Part shown: piece after piece, positions 36,009 to 50,493 of the stretch
Numbering within the stretch: position 1 is the stretch's first letter
How the letters are laid out: every line of letters starts with the position of its first letter
Assembly: GCF_006345805.1 (NCBI RefSeq)
Contig: NC_043006.1
Coordinates: 54,560,001 to 54,624,000, forward strand
Reading direction: 5' to 3'
From: Octopus sinensis
Lineage: Eukaryota
DNA: 64,000 bases
The notes under the pieces: generated by a model
Told to the model about the DNA's origin: nothing
What the model saw: the letters and a program-made list of their open reading frames with translations, nothing else
The model's database searches: none
Made by a program: the position numbers and the translations under genes

Positions 36009-38800
36009 GTGATAACGATAATCTACTCATCACAAATCTTGAATCATTGGCCCCAAGTGATCAGCAGTCACATCAATCTGATTCGCAATCTGGTTTTGAT
36101 AGCCTTTCAAATGATAAACAGAATCTCTCTCCTAAAGTGTCAAATTCTTCTCAGTTGGTGGATTCAGTTGTGGAGAATCAGTCAGATGCAGTTGATTCTG
36201 GCGAAAATCAAGATCCTTTGTTGGAAATTAAGAAAATGAAAGGATTATTAGAGCAGTTGATTGCAAAAACTGAAGCTTCAAAAGCTACATCTGATGTTGT
36301 AAACACCACTGAAACCACTTCTGTTACACAACAGTCAACACCATCAAAAAAATCCTCTTCCGATAGCCAAGATGCGAATACATTCCCTCCGACTGAGGAC
36401 AGTGTTTCTTTTCCTGTTAATTCAGAGGCTACTGCTCAGGTAACCAAAGCAACAAAGAAGAGCATTGCTCAACTGAAATACAAAGGCCACAATATTGCTG
36501 GTACAATTCTGAGACCGAAGTCACCTACGCGAAACTGTTCAATTCCAGAAAAAGATAAAACTCACTTTCCTAGTGCTCTAATGCAAATGGATGTAAAAGA
36601 GGATGCTGCTACTAAAGTATTAAGGGTGCAGAAACATGAAGTGATCTGTGCTCTAGGTGCACCTGTTTTGTTTCGTTCACATAGTGGAATGTTTGTATCA
36701 AATATTGATTTGACTTACTACTGGTGTAATTTCTGTCCGTTCAAGACTGATGACAAAAATGAACTTTCCCAACATATTATCAGTCACAGGTTTCACTGTA
36801 AACATTGTAGTTACCAGTCTTTTTCACGGGCAGATGTTATCAACCACTCATCTAATGTCCATGTGGAGTTCCAAGAAACATCAGTCTCTTTGAAATATTA
36901 TGCTTTATTGCCTGATTACCTTCAAGTTTGCCTTTTTCAGTCAGATGATTCATCAGTGGATAGACATTCAATGAAAGGAAGTCAGGTGAAAAAATCTCGT
37001 AATGATTATGATAGCTATCTTCTTTCATATGATGATGAGAAAAACAAAACTAGAAAACTTAGGAATACAGGAGATAAGATAGAAAATGGACAAACTCTGA
37101 TTGTTCATCCAGCTTCTAGTCCCAAAAGGTCATTGCTCATGGATGAGCCTTCTACTTCTAAAAAGAAGTCCATAGACAGTGACAATTCTAAACATTCAAG
37201 AAGTCAAAGAAAGAGGAAGAAGAGAAATAGTGTTGATTCAAGTGATGATGACAATGACGACGATGATGACGATAATGTCAGTCTTTCCTCTAGACGATCG
37301 CTGCGCAAAAATGAAAAATCTGATAAGAAACAATCGAAATCTACATCCAGTTCGGATTCTTCAAGTTCTGATTCAGATGAGGAAGCACCAAAGAATTTGA
37401 TGGAGATTTATGAATGCAATTCTTGTGAATTTAAATCCAAAGAAATGCAAAAAGTTCGAGAACATATGTTCAGAATTCATCCTGGAGGTAAATTCTATTG
37501 CATTGATAAAAGAATACGAAAGAACAAAGCTAAGCGCTATATATTTTTTTGCTGCAAAAATAAATGTCCATTCCAGTCAACAGATCCTATTACATATACA
37601 CAGCATGTTGATCGTTGCACACCACTACCTGTGATTGCACCTAATCTAACCAAAACCAGCAAACCAACAGGGTTACAGATGACTGTACAATTTGCTAAAA
37701 AGTGTCTGAAAAAAACCAATAAATCTGATGGTAAGAAATCTGGTAAAAAGTCCAAAGTTGAAGAAGATTATGGATGTCATTACTGCAAGTTTGAAACTGA
37801 TTCTTTAATTTCTGTTAAGAACCATTTGAATATGTCTCACGCCAAGAACAGCTTTGTTGTACGAGATTTGAAGGCTGTTGACAGTCTTATGTCGTTCCTT
37901 TACTTGTGTAAATATTGTGCTTGGTATAGCAGAGACTACAGCAAACTGAAGAATCATATGGACCGAGAACATCGCATTCCAGAGAAGAAGCTGATGGTTG
38001 CTACAAATAGTGCCGAAGCCAAAAAGATGGCTGAAGAAAAGAAAAATAAAGCTCTTGAATTGAGTCATCACGAATCAAATATGGCTGATTCAGTCGTAGA
38101 AGAATCTGTGGCTCCTGTTAATGCTGATGATATCAGTTATCGGTGCTACCGATGTGATTTCTATACAGCTTCTGTTGAAACAATTAAGATTCACTTGACT
38201 ACAGCTCATCCCAAGTGCAATTTAACAGCATTTACCTGCAAAGGTGGCAGCTTACGTACTATTCAGTTTTGTCCACAGGCTGACTGTTACTTCATGAGTA
38301 CATTTAGTAGTGAAATGGAGAGACATAAAATTCTTAATCATAACATTCCTGACATGAATGTCTCTGGTAGCAAGAAAGTGTGCTATGTACAGGCCTACAA
38401 ATGTCTCTCATGCAATAATACCATAGCAACTTCACTTGAAGATATGAAACTACATTATTTTGAACAACATCCCAATGTGTGCATGATGGTACGAGATTGT
38501 GTGGCGTTTGATTTGCAGAAACCTTCCCAATTATATCTCTGTGATTATGGAGATTGCCTTTTCAATGACTTAGACTATAAGAAGTTCCTTTTCCATAATG
38601 TCGCTCATGAGGGAGGAATAGTTTATGAATGTGTTCATTGCAATGATTGGGTTAGCAAAAACAAAGAAGATTATGATATTCATGTTGCTGCTCTAGGTGA
38701 CCTGGAACATAATTTAATGGAATCGACAGTTGAAATGGATCGCTCTGGAAGCATAACTCGAAGACTAGGTGATGTTGTGGTAAAATTTGAAGAACCATAA
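36009..38800 (+). CDS. C2H2 zinc-finger protein, large terminal coding exon; spliced product 953 aa with 10-11 widely spaced fingers
   Basis: Polypyrimidine acceptor TTTTTTTTTTGTTTTAG|36009; 2792-nt uninterrupted frame; fingers such as CNFC..HIISH, CKHC..HSSNVH, CNSC..HMFRIH, CHYC..HLNMSH, CYRC..HLTTAH; Ser/Asp-rich tract and basic NLS-like RKRKKR; TAA at 38798-38800. Confidence 0.93.
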
Positions 38801-39679
38801 TAGACATTACTACTTATGATCATCATGTTTTCTTTGAAGTGGTTTATTGTATAACACCAATATTTGGTTATGAGGATAAACTATTACATAGATAGCATCA
38901 TAAATTTATTGGTAATGAACATATCATTATTCTGAATTTATTATACATACTTCATAAGAAACCACATTTTACTGTTACTAGTCTTTTATAATTCCGACAG
39001 ATTTATTCAAAACATTTCTACAAATTATTTTGTCCTTTGCAGTATATATACTTCAAAACATGACAATATATTTTGTTTATGAACTGCTGTATATATTTAG
39101 TTTTTTTTTTCCCTCTTCATTTTGGTATAAAATGTAAGTCACAAAGACATTCCGGTATGATATAACTAAGAACTCACAACCATACAACACATACACATGC
39201 ATAACTCAACCTGTATGTTACATTCTCTTTTCATTTCATGTCTTACTCATTCTTTTTAGTTTAGTTTATCAGTTTTAAATCCTGCCATTTTGGTGGGAAA
39301 TGTTACGTATATTAGATAATATTCAACTTGACTTGTCACTTCTATTGCTTTGAAAGTAAAGTTCTTTCCTGCTATCTCTTGAAATCACCTGTGATGAAAC
39401 CTCAGCCAATCCTTGATATTGTCTTAAACATTGGTTGTAATAATGAATCGAGACAATAATATTGATGGATTAATATTTTCTAGGTGTTTTCTAAGTTTCA
39501 CATCATGAAGATATTACTTCATGATATGATATTTTACTGAACTCAAATTTCTGCTTTAAGATATTTCTATTTCTTTAGCCATTCAAATCTATAATTTTTA
39601 ATAAACAAAATATAGGAACATAATGTAAATATGTAACCATTATAACTTTATTTCTCAACCCATCCATGGTGAGTTTTGA

Positions 39680-39795
39680 AATAAAACATTAAATGTTAGA
39701 GGTAGTTTTGTTTTCTTTTACTTCATATTGGATTTTGCTTATGTTTTTCCTGTTATAATGAATGTTTCGGTCATAGTTTATTATATTAAAATAAA
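39680..39795 (+). terminator. Candidate polyadenylation signals for the ZNF gene
   Basis: AATAAA at 39680-39685 and 39790-39795; weak evidence in AT-rich DNA. Confidence 0.25.
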
Positions 39796-40860
39796 CTCAG
39801 CATCACTTCACTGAGTTATACAGTGATGTTCAATTTCCATCAGCAACCTGTGTGTACAATCAGACTAAAATCTATTTTGTGAGCTCTCTCTTTGTATTGT
39901 TGCTATCTGTGCACAGCAGCAGCATGAAGCACCAACCACTGCCACTGTTGCTGCTGCTAATGCTACCAGGTCACCACATCCCACCCTGAAAGTTGGTGTG
40001 TCTCTACATACCATCAAGTTTGTCAGTGCCAGATTTGATGATAGCTAGTTGATCCTATCATATTTATGCATGTCTTGAAGCTTAACCTTATAACTTAAAT
40101 CAAGACCCAGCATGGTAAGTGAATGTACAATGGATGTTGATGATGTAGTTCAAAAAGAAAGAAACTTTGTCGTTTTCTGCTTTTATGGTCTTGTTCAAGC
40201 TTTAGATTTATTTTCCTTTAAGAGCTTAATTATTTGAATTGTCAAGAATTATTAGCAAAAGGAAGCTAATGTTGTAAATCAATGGTAAATTTGTAAATTC
40301 AAAAACAAGACTGTAATCATCACAGCTACAAGAATGGATAGAGGTAATACATTCAACTGAAGCTAGGATTATTGGTCATATTCGAGAGTCAGTATTTCAT
40401 TATTAGCCACTACAATCTCTGCTCAGTTACAAAAAATCATTGTTTCATTCTACCATGTACCGGTCATGATGATAGCTCTTTGTGGTGGTTACAACAGTAA
40501 TACAAGTTGGACACATTTTGTCTGTCACTGCTTGTCACTTTGGTCCTTGCACTTGTTGTAGGCCAAAAGAGTTTGGTATTATGCTGTTCAATTTTAATGG
40601 CTGTGGATAAACTGGCAATACAATTCCAGAGGCTAGAATTAAATACCCTTTGTGCAATAAATCCATCCTAAATGTCGGCTGCCTCTAAATGCTTGCTATG
40701 ATGGAAACTGAGTCAGAATTTCATTCAACTAATAAATACTCTTACAAAAGCAATGGAAAGGAAATATTAAACACAAATTATTAAATTCAATGGAATATTT
40801 GTTTTAGTGATGAGCTGATGTATTGCAGTCCAAACCATACTGGCATGGGAAAATGAAACA

Positions 40861-41071
40861 TTAACTCTTTAGCATTCAGATTACTCTGTTAAATGTAATG
40901 CTTATTTGTTCACATTGTTTTGAATTATTCTTTACTTTTGAGATTTTTAAGATGTTAATTTTTTAGATGACATTGTTAGGTGTGTGTGAGAGGCTGGATC
41001 TGGCCAGTATGAACATAAATCCAGTAGAATATTTGGGTTTGATATGGATGGTTTAAATGCTAAAGGGTTAA
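40861..41071. mobile_element. piggyBac-type MITE with TTAA target duplication
   Basis: TTAA|CTCTTTAGCATT ... AATGCTAAAGGG|TTAA, i.e. C(C)C..GGG termini flanked by TTAA. Confidence 0.8.
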
Positions 41072-41599
41072 AGTATGTTATTGCAGATGTTGATTCAGCA
41101 TTTAATAATTATGAGAACGAGATCTTATGCTTGAGGCTCTTATATTTCAACAAACGGTAAATATGAAGCTGGTTGCCTAGTTCATAGGCAACCTACAATA
41201 AGGATTGACTTGTAGGGACACAGCATTTTATTATGCAACCATAATATACTACAAAGTATATTAAACAATTTTATAAGTCAGTATTGTATCCTACTGTGTT
41301 ATGGTCATGAAAAGATTACTTTAACAAGACTAGTTAATTCTAGCCTTTGTAATTGTACTACCAGTTTATCTAGAGCCATTAAAATCTAAGGGCATAACAT
41401 GCTCCTTGATTTGCAACAAGTGTAGATTAATGTGATAGGAAACTAGAAGTAGTAATGGTATTATGAAACACTAGTTCAGTAGAAGGATAGACAATAATGC
41501 ACAGATTATTTGTGACAAATATGCCCTATTTATTTATATAATATAGATTTTTAGAACTAACTGTTACCTATTTTTTCCCCAGTCAGGTGAACTGCCATA

Positions 41600-42110
41600 T
41601 TCAGAACACGACTGGTAGATCTTTGCTCATGGAGTTTGTTATGAGATGGTTAGGTTTCATTGCTGCTGACGTTTGGTGCAGAAGATTATGGAAGGAATGA
41701 CAAGTGGTATCTGTGTAGTACTGGTCATTGCTAGGAGTGAAGTTATGTAATTTAATATATAGCAGAGGAACAAAACTGATCCTGGGCATACCAAAGTTAG
41801 TGTGGATCATACAGTACTCTGTTAGTACTTCCTGTCAAATCACACCTCTGTAGTCAGATTGGAAGTCACTGATCCAAGAGAGATATATGGAGCCCATTAG
41901 GGGTCAGTTTTGCCAGTAGATTTGTATGTTACATGTGGTCAAAAGTTTTGCTGATATGAAGGACAAAACACTTATACCAAATACTGAGTGACATAGGATA
42001 CTAGGGCTCTCATAGATACAGCTTATGAAAGCCACATTGGTTGTCATTTTAGAGAGATAAAGATTCAAGCTACTGGATAGGGTTTTTAATGGCTATTGAT
42101 ATTACCTATG
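41600..42110 (-). mobile_element. Old CR1/Jockey-group LINE RT remnant
   Basis: On -: NDNQCGFHK (cf. QYGFR), VLHISKTFDHM*H (cf. LDISKAFDRVWH), NFGMPRISFVPLL (cf. SGVPQGSVLGPLLF). Confidence 0.6.
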
Positions 42111-42390
42111 TGTGAGAGAACAATAGTTGGCAGGGTCAGTACGATTACCCTTCTTGGAAATGAACATACTAGCATATTTGAAAGGATCAGAATATATCTA
42201 TATATAAAAAAGGAAAAAGAGTGTGGTGGGTAGGGGTTGGTCGAAAGGTGCATCTTCAGGACTAGTGGCCTTTTGTTATGAAGCTGTTAGCGGTGGTGCT
42301 TTTGTTGGAATAACTGGTAGGAGTAGGCTTGCTGTGGACAAATAAAGGTTGTCTTACTTCCAGATTTTGAGAGCTGAAGGCCATTTTTCT

Positions 42391-42420
42391 CTGATAAAGA
42401 TTTGGTCTGAAACATCAGTA
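42391..42420 (+). other. Degenerate hammerhead-like core (Penelope-type)
   Basis: CTGATAA-AGA-TTTGG-TCT-GAAAC-ATCA-GTA; the G8 position is A and stem I does not pair. Confidence 0.35.
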
Positions 42421-42452
42421 CATTCCTCTTCCAATAACAAGCAAATTTACCA

Positions 42453-42600
42453 TAATTTCAAAACTGATGACAAAAATGTACTTTCTCAACATATATATCA
42501 GTCACAGGTTTCACTGTAAACATTGTAGTTACCCATCCTTTTTGCATGTAGATATTATCAACCACTTAATCTAATGTGGAGTTACAAGAAATATCAGTCT
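42453..42600 (+). pseudogene. Decayed duplicate of a zinc-finger segment of the upstream ZNF exon
   Basis: Aligns to about 36726-36887 (ACTGATGACAAAAATG...TATCAGTCACAGGTTTCACTGTAAACATTGTAGTTACC...ATCAGTCT) at roughly 85% by eye, with frameshifting indels. Confidence 0.9.
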
Positions 42601-45600
42601 TTAGCATCCTTATCAAAAGTTTTTGATCACCACTCTGTTTCCTTGAATTTTTTTTTTTTTCTACCAGCAATTTATAGTATGAGACTGAATTTAGTGTGCT
42701 GCAGAACACGATGTTCTGGCTGAAACAGGATAGCCATTAATTATGAAGTTTAACCAAACCTGCAAACCAACATAACTTATTACACATAGAAAATGTTACA
42801 GAAGTTAAAGGAAATAACACAAGTCAATGAATCTAGATAATTAACTTATTTTGTTATGTCTTCATTTCAATTAATTTTGAATTTAAGCTGGTGTTTGGAA
42901 CATATTAAAATGAAATTTTGATTGAAGTTATTTAGATAATTTTGAAACAAGGTTTGTATCATGGAACCTGGGGTGGTCTTGGGCAGGTTGGTACCAAAAG
43001 AACATGTCATTGACCCAAAATTGTTAACCTATATGTAAAAAATCTATCAAATGATATGAAGACTTTATTAGACTATAATACTGAGATTTAATGGACTGGA
43101 ACATGTCCATAATTGTCTCTTGCCTGCAAACAAATATGAAACTTTTTTTTCTAAACATGTAAATTTTGTGAGATTAATCCCTAATTTCATGAAATTATCA
43201 CCCCTTTTATTTGAGAGTTGCTAACAAATACCATTAGATTATATTTTATTCTGTTGTCTAAAAATTTCAATCAATGGGAAATTTTTTTTGAGTATTCTAT
43301 TTAGTACATTTACATTTTAAATTAATTACCAAATTTCATGCCATTGGCTTACTTGAGTTATTTCCTTAGCTGAATTTATTTTTAAAATAATGATTTTAAA
43401 ATTTTGCTATTTGAAACAACATTATTAACACAATTAAAAGAGTTGAGCAGGAAGGAATACATGATTAATAGTTGTAATTTAATGACACAAGAAGATAGTA
43501 GCCAGTGATGTTATCTTTTACTCTTGTCTTATTTGACTGCAGTCATGCTGGGGTGCAACCTTGAAGAGTTGAACAAATTCATTCTTAAGCCTTGTAGTTA
43601 TTCTATTGGCCTTTTTTGCTAAACTATGTTACAAGGATGCGAACACCAAATGCTGGTTGTCAAGTGGTTATGGGGACAAACACAGACACAAAGTTACATA
43701 CACACATATATATAATAGGCTTCTTTCAGTTTGCTTACTCACAAGACTATGGCAGAAGACACTTGCCCAAGGTGCCATGCAGTGGGATTGAACCTGGAAC
43801 CATGTAGATAGGAAGCAAGCCATGCCTGTGCCTATGATTTTGGTTACATTTTTATATGGTAGGAAAGACAATCAATTTTAAACTATTTGCTAAATAATAA
43901 TTACAATTATTTCAAATTTTGGCACAAGGCCAGTATTTTGGTGGGTGGTTGTTGATTACAATGACTTCAGTACTTGACTGGTACTATATTTCATTGATCC
44001 TGAAAAGACTAAGGGCAAAGGTGACCTCAATGGGATTTGAACTCAGCATGTGGAGAGCTGAAGCAAACATTGCAAAGCATTCCTTTTCTTCTAATGCTTT
44101 AATGATTCTTATAGCTCACTGCCTTAGTTACAATAATAATCAGGATTATAAAAGACACCCCCATAGTATTCAATGTATAAATATAAATCTGTTAATCAAA
44201 AAAAATTGAGAAGGTGGGGGAAATCACAAGCTGCTTTTAATGTCACAGGTTTTCATATTAGGTTTGAGTATATTTGAGTGAAAAATAAGTCAATTTTTAA
44301 AAAGATTTCCTCATCTCAAACTATATTTTTATGCTTTTGTATCAATAGAGTTATACATTTTTCAAATCTTATAATTTCTTAACATATTTCAATAAGAATA
44401 TATTAAATTTGTAAGTAATATTTCAAAGAAAACTATCCATTTTAAAATTTCGAGATCTCTCTAACTTAGATATTTCTTTCTGTATAAAATTTTGCTTCTA
44501 CAATTCACAATCAACAGGAATATTAATCAATAAGTATTAATAAGACTATTATTACAACCTGCAATTGCTACATAGAAATAATATAAGCAAGCCATTAGCA
44601 GTAGACTTCAGTGAACCTATGTATAAGCATTTTCATAATTGTTCTGATAACTTTATAAAATGCTAGTTTTATAGGAAATATTATATTAATTTTTCTAGTG
44701 TAAGAAGTGTGCACAGTCCTGAATCTTCTTTGGAAAGATAAACAATCAATAACTGACAGTGGTACAATGTTCCAAATCGCTTATATAACAACTATTTTTT
44801 TACTTAATCCAGATCAGACTGATGGCTTTGTGGAAAAACATCAAATGAGATTGATAGAGGTTTTGTGGGATGTAATTTGTACAGAGCCATAATCCTGCTG
44901 TTAAAATTGATTAGTTATTATGCTCACTAGGAAGAGGTGGGGTGAATCATATTTGTTGTACTAAAATATTCACAAAGGCATTGCAGTATGGTTAAGAAGT
45001 TTGCTTTGAAACTGATTTCAAATTCAGTGCCACTTTGGGCAAGTGTCTTTTACTGTAGCTTCAAGCTGACCAAAGATTTGTGAATTAATTTTGTTGTTGA
45101 TAGAAACCATTTCAAAACCTTATATATATATATATATATATAATCATCATTTAACGTCCGTTTTATATGTTAGCATGGGTTGGAGGGTTCGACCGGAGTC
45201 TGGGAAGCCAGGAGGTTGCACCAGGCTCCAGTCTGATCTGGCAGTGTTTCTACAGCTGGATGCCTTTCCTAACACCAACCATTCCATGAGTGTAATGGGT
45301 GTTTTTTACGTGCCACTGGCACAGAGGCCAGAGGAGGTTGGCAACGTCCGTGATCAGTTGGTACTTTTTACGTGCCACTGGAACAAGTATCACAGCTACA
45401 ATTTCCATTGATTTTTATTTTGATATTGATGTACTTGACTCAATAGGTCTCCTCAAGCACAGCAGGCCGTCCTATAACTTTGATGTTTACTTTCCATGCT
45501 TGCATGTGTTGAATTGAGTTTCTTGAGGCAGATTTTCTAAGGCTAGATAACCTTCCTGTCACTCACCCTCACTTGTTTCCAAGAGAAGCAATATTTCCCC

Positions 45601-45658
45601 ATAGTCAGACATGTTTATACAGAATATTGAAAATGAGTGACACTGCCTGTATGACTTA

Positions 45659-46043
45659 CTAGCAGTATCGGCCGGCGTTGCTCAGGTTTGTAAGGGAAAT
45701 AACTATAAAGCATTTTTAGAGAGTTATAGCCAAAAAATAGCAAAAAAATGGAAAAAATGATGGTAAATTTTTTTTTTGAGATTTAAAAAAGGTGGAGTTG
45801 CGTCCCCTAGACAGTGTGTGGTTCGTGTTTCTGATTCTTGACCCCATGTCGAATTTATCGATTTTTTTCAGAACTGGGGGAACTTTTCAAAATTTTCGCT
45901 GCGTTAGTTTTGAATTATGACATTGGGCTATGTGTGTGTCGAGTTTCATCAGAATCGGTTGAAAGCCGTGGTCAGGGTGAGGGTACAAGCAAACAGACAC
46001 ACAGAAACACGCACAGACAAACTGCCGTTTATATAGAGAGAGA
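45659..46043 (-). mobile_element. Non-autonomous Helitron
   Basis: Same termini as 10421-10811 (A|TCTCTCTCTATATAAA ... GAGCAACGCCGGCCGATACTGCTAG|T) with a different interior. Confidence 0.85.
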
Positions 46044-49000
46044 TGACTATCATGTAATAAAATAAAAACACTCATACACATATGATGGGCTTTTTTCAAT
46101 TTCTCTCACAAGACTTTGGTTGGCTTCATGCTGACCAAAATAGAAAACACTTGTACAAGGTGCCACACAGTAGGACTGAAATCAAAACCATGTGGTTGGG
46201 AAGCAAATTTTTCAACCGTGCACTTGAATGGTGTCGTGTAAGGTAATGTAATTGAAGAAATATATGAAAGTAAAAATAAAACCATTTATTATTCAAGTTA
46301 ATTCATTAAAAGAAAACAATAAAACCTGAAATTTCTTGTTTACATAAATAAACAACTGGCATAAATTACACAGAACAAAAGAGCTTGAAATGTTTTATTA
46401 AAAAAAAAAAATTACATGCTTGACTAAAGTTGCTATTGCATTGAGTTTCAATCAAACGATAAAGTACTTATGAGATCATACTACAAATGCTTGCAAGATA
46501 GAGATCACCTATGTTTTGCAGTAGGCTTTATGGTATATTCTTGAGCAAGACATTTTATTCCATTTCTCTCCAAATATAACTTGCAGGGAAAAAAAAAATC
46601 CTCCTCCTCACTACACGTCTAGTAGCATCCTGTTCACATTTGTTTGTTTCATTTTTATTTTATTTTATATTATATTACAATTGGTAGATAATAGTATTGT
46701 CAGTTACAGGTTTCCAATGTACTACTCACTGATTCATTGTATTTCCAATTGTGAAAGTAACAAGGGAGTGTCTTTATAATTTATGACAGAACAAATATCA
46801 CAACTTTATTCAAAAAGCATTAGTTTGTCAGTTTTCTTATTGAGATGCATCAGTGATAGGCACGTATATAATAAGTATGAATATATATACACATATATTT
46901 ATCTATATATAGTATATTTTTGTGCATATATACATGTGTATATATGTATTCTGTCCAGTTTCTACTTGCAAAATATTGGTCAATACAAGTCTATGGTAAA
47001 AGACACTTGCCTAAGGTGTCATACAGTGGTATTGAACCTGGATCCACATGATTGTAAAGCAAACATTTAAACCACACAGCCATGCTTATATCCATTTAAT
47101 TGATGCCACAAATGGCATAGCTGAGCTTTAATATTGACCTTATTGCTATCATAGCTTATCAAAAGAAAAAAAAAATGAAAACATGACATATAAACCTACA
47201 ATAAAAAAATACGTATTCAGCAACAGTTTATAATCCTTAGTTTGTTGTACAAACTGATCACAAGTGAATAGTTTGTAATTAATTATTGCTACAGTGCATA
47301 TGTCCAAAAAGTTTAATAAGACATACAGTAGGATTAATTGTGGAAGATCATTGATGAATTTTATAAAAAAAAATTAAGGAAGAGCAGCACCTGTAATGCT
47401 TTTCAGGGACTCCAAGACTTGTGGCAAGAAGGACGGAAATTATACTCAGACCAGTGTACTCCCCAAGGGCCAAGTGGTGGTGTAAACCATACAACAGATT
47501 AAGTCTACCAACCTCAAATGGAGATATCACAGACAGATTGTTGCAGGAGATGTTATAAATAAAATGAACCTCACAAGTCTATGATAAATGTAAATTATAG
47601 AATTATTTCATTGGTGAGGCTGAATGGATGAGATTGCAAATCTAGCAGCTAAGAGGAGAAGAAAAACATCTTCAATAAATTATCAATATGTAACAACACC
47701 ATATAACACATAATAAATATATACTGTGTTATACAGTGTTGCTACTCCATGTGTTTAACTATAAACAATATTTGTAATTCCAGTCTTCCAGCAATCAAAA
47801 CCGTGGTACCAACATTAGAATAATTATGGAACCAAGATTAAAACACACAGTAAGATTAGAATATTTTTGCAACAAGGCTCTCTGTAGATACCTATTTTCT
47901 GATTGTTTTTGTTTTTCCAATATAAAACATCTTACTCATTGCTAACATGTTTATCAATGTTAGTTATGGGTATGATGGTTCTGCAAATATAGATATTTAT
48001 AGGAGATTTTTAAAGGCATGTTTTTCATTTCCTTTTTATCAACTAATTTGCTGAAAATATGCATTAAGCCTTACCAATGAGGTTAATTTTTCACAGGTAA
48101 CCTCTGATCTGCTGCAGGTTAAGGTTAAATGTAGGGAAGAGCTCCAACACTCAAATCATGACAGACTTTTCTGTGAGGATCTTCTTGTAAGATTTGCATA
48201 AAATTTTATACATTTTTAAAAATTAAAGTTAATCATTCAACTGAGAAAATAAAATCACATCTGTTTTTAGCTTGGCTGATAGAAGCAAACTCTTTCAAAT
48301 AATATTTTAACATCCTTAAAAAAGGAAGGACATGTTATTCAGTGTGGTCCTAAATACACTATGCCTGAAAAACAAAAACAGATCACTTGCAGCTGAAAAC
48401 ACCTCTGGTCATAGGCCCACTTCATCAGGGCTTAGTAAGGGCTAAGCAAGAACAAGAACGGTTTAAAATCATGATCTTTCAGATCTGCTATACTAGTTGA
48501 TTCAGTTACTAAAAAATATTTCTTTTCTACTCTAGACACAAGGCCTGAAATTTCTGGGAAGGGGGCCAGTTGATTAGATTGACCCAGTATGCAACTGGTA
48601 CTTGACAGATGAAATACCCTTAAGCATTTCGCCCAGCATGCTAACATTTCTGCCAACTCGCCACCTTACTAAAAAATATTTCTAACATAGTTATGTTACA
48701 GGGGAGGAGAAAGATGACTTTTCACAGCAATCACAAAATGAAAGCTATGAGCTATTTATAAGAATCATTATTGAATCAAGGAGTTAACTAGCTTCCAACT
48801 GCTTTGTACTGTACACTTACCAACAAGAAAACAAATATTAACTACTTTATTTCACCTAATCCTGTGACTATGGAATGAAACAGGAATTGTACATCCAACA
48901 AATCAATATATATATATATATATATATCCTCTTGTTTCAGTCAATTGACTGCAACCAAGCTGGGGTACTACCATGAAGGGTTTCAGTGGAAAAAAATCAA

Positions 49001-50493
49001 CCTCTGGACTTTTCTGTTTAAGCCTAGTTCTTATTCTTTTGCTGAACAGCTAAGTTATGGGGACATACACACACCAACACCAGTTGTCAAGTGGTGGTGG
49101 GGCAATAAATACAGACACAAAGACACACACACACACACATAGATTCATACACACAAACATACATATATATATATGACAGGGTTCTTTCAGTTTCCGTCTA
49201 CCAAATCCACTCACAAGGCTATAGTAGAAGACACTTGTCCAAGGTATCACGTAGTGGGATTGAACTTGAACTATGTGGTTGGGAAGCAAGCTTTTTACTG
49301 TGTACAATATATACATATATATTATACACACACTTGTATGTATATGTATAAAAAATTTTTACAAGAGTATTCAACCCACAGAAGAGTAAAAAAAACAGCT
49401 GTGTAAATTTGTATAAAAATAAACTGTTGAGGTACTTTGGCTTTCACAACTACAAAAGAATATTTGTTATGTTCTTTAATTCGTTTTAGTCATTTGACTG
49501 CAGCCATGCTGGAGCACTGCCCTTAGTTGACCAAATCACCCCAGGACTTATTCTTTGTAAGCCTTGCACTTATTCTATCAGTCACTTTTGCCAAACCGCT
49601 AAGTTACAAACATGTAAACATGCCAACATCGGTTGTCAAGTGATGGTGGGGATACAAACACACACACACATATATATATTTACGACAGGCTTCTTTCAGT
49701 TTCTGTCTACCAAATCCACTCACAGGGCTATGGTCAGCCAGAGGTTATAGTTGAAAACACTTGCCCAAGGTGCCAAGCAGTGGGACTGAACCCAGAACCA
49801 TGTGGTTGGTAAGCAAGCTACTTACAACACAGCCACTCCTGTGCCTATATGTGTGTATACATATGCAAATATAATATATATATAATCATTATTCTAGTTT
49901 CAACACGTTTTCAATGTTTGCCTGGGCCAAGTGGGGAATTGTGACAGATTTTCTATGCTCATATACCTTTCCTGTCACCTATGCTTACCTGTTTCAAAGA
50001 AAGGTAATGCTTCCCCGTGATTGAACATGTTTTTTGTGGAAGACTGGAAATAAAAGACAAAATTTGTATGACGGTGATGCTTATTTACAACTATCTTACA
50101 ATATTTACACTATCTTGTGATCCAGTTTCCATCTACCAAATCCACTTGCAAAGGTTTGGTTAGCCTTAAGCAATAGTAGAAGATATATGCCTAAGATACC
50201 ATGCAGGAAGACTGAACCTAAAGCTATGTGGTTGGGAAGTGAATTTCTTAACCACACAAGCAGTGCCAAATTATTCAAGTTGATCTGTTTCTTCAGATCA
50301 GTCTGAATAAAATATTACACTCCATTAGTATTGAGTACTTTCTATCCTATTTATTAAAACTAATGTGTGAATGTGTTTCATTTTTCTACCAGCCAAATTG
50401 TTGGTATAGAGTCAAATCAGCAGTTAACTGACAACTCCATTCTATTAACATACCTAGGGTTTCAGAATAGGATTTTGATTGTAATTTACACTA

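Noticed and set aside
47391-47578. Possible - strand exon (TCEVHFIYNISC...GVPEKHYR) with CATAG acceptor
   Set aside because: Donor GTGCTG is weak, no recognisable domain, no supported partner exons; an open frame of this length is expected by chance or from old TE sequence.
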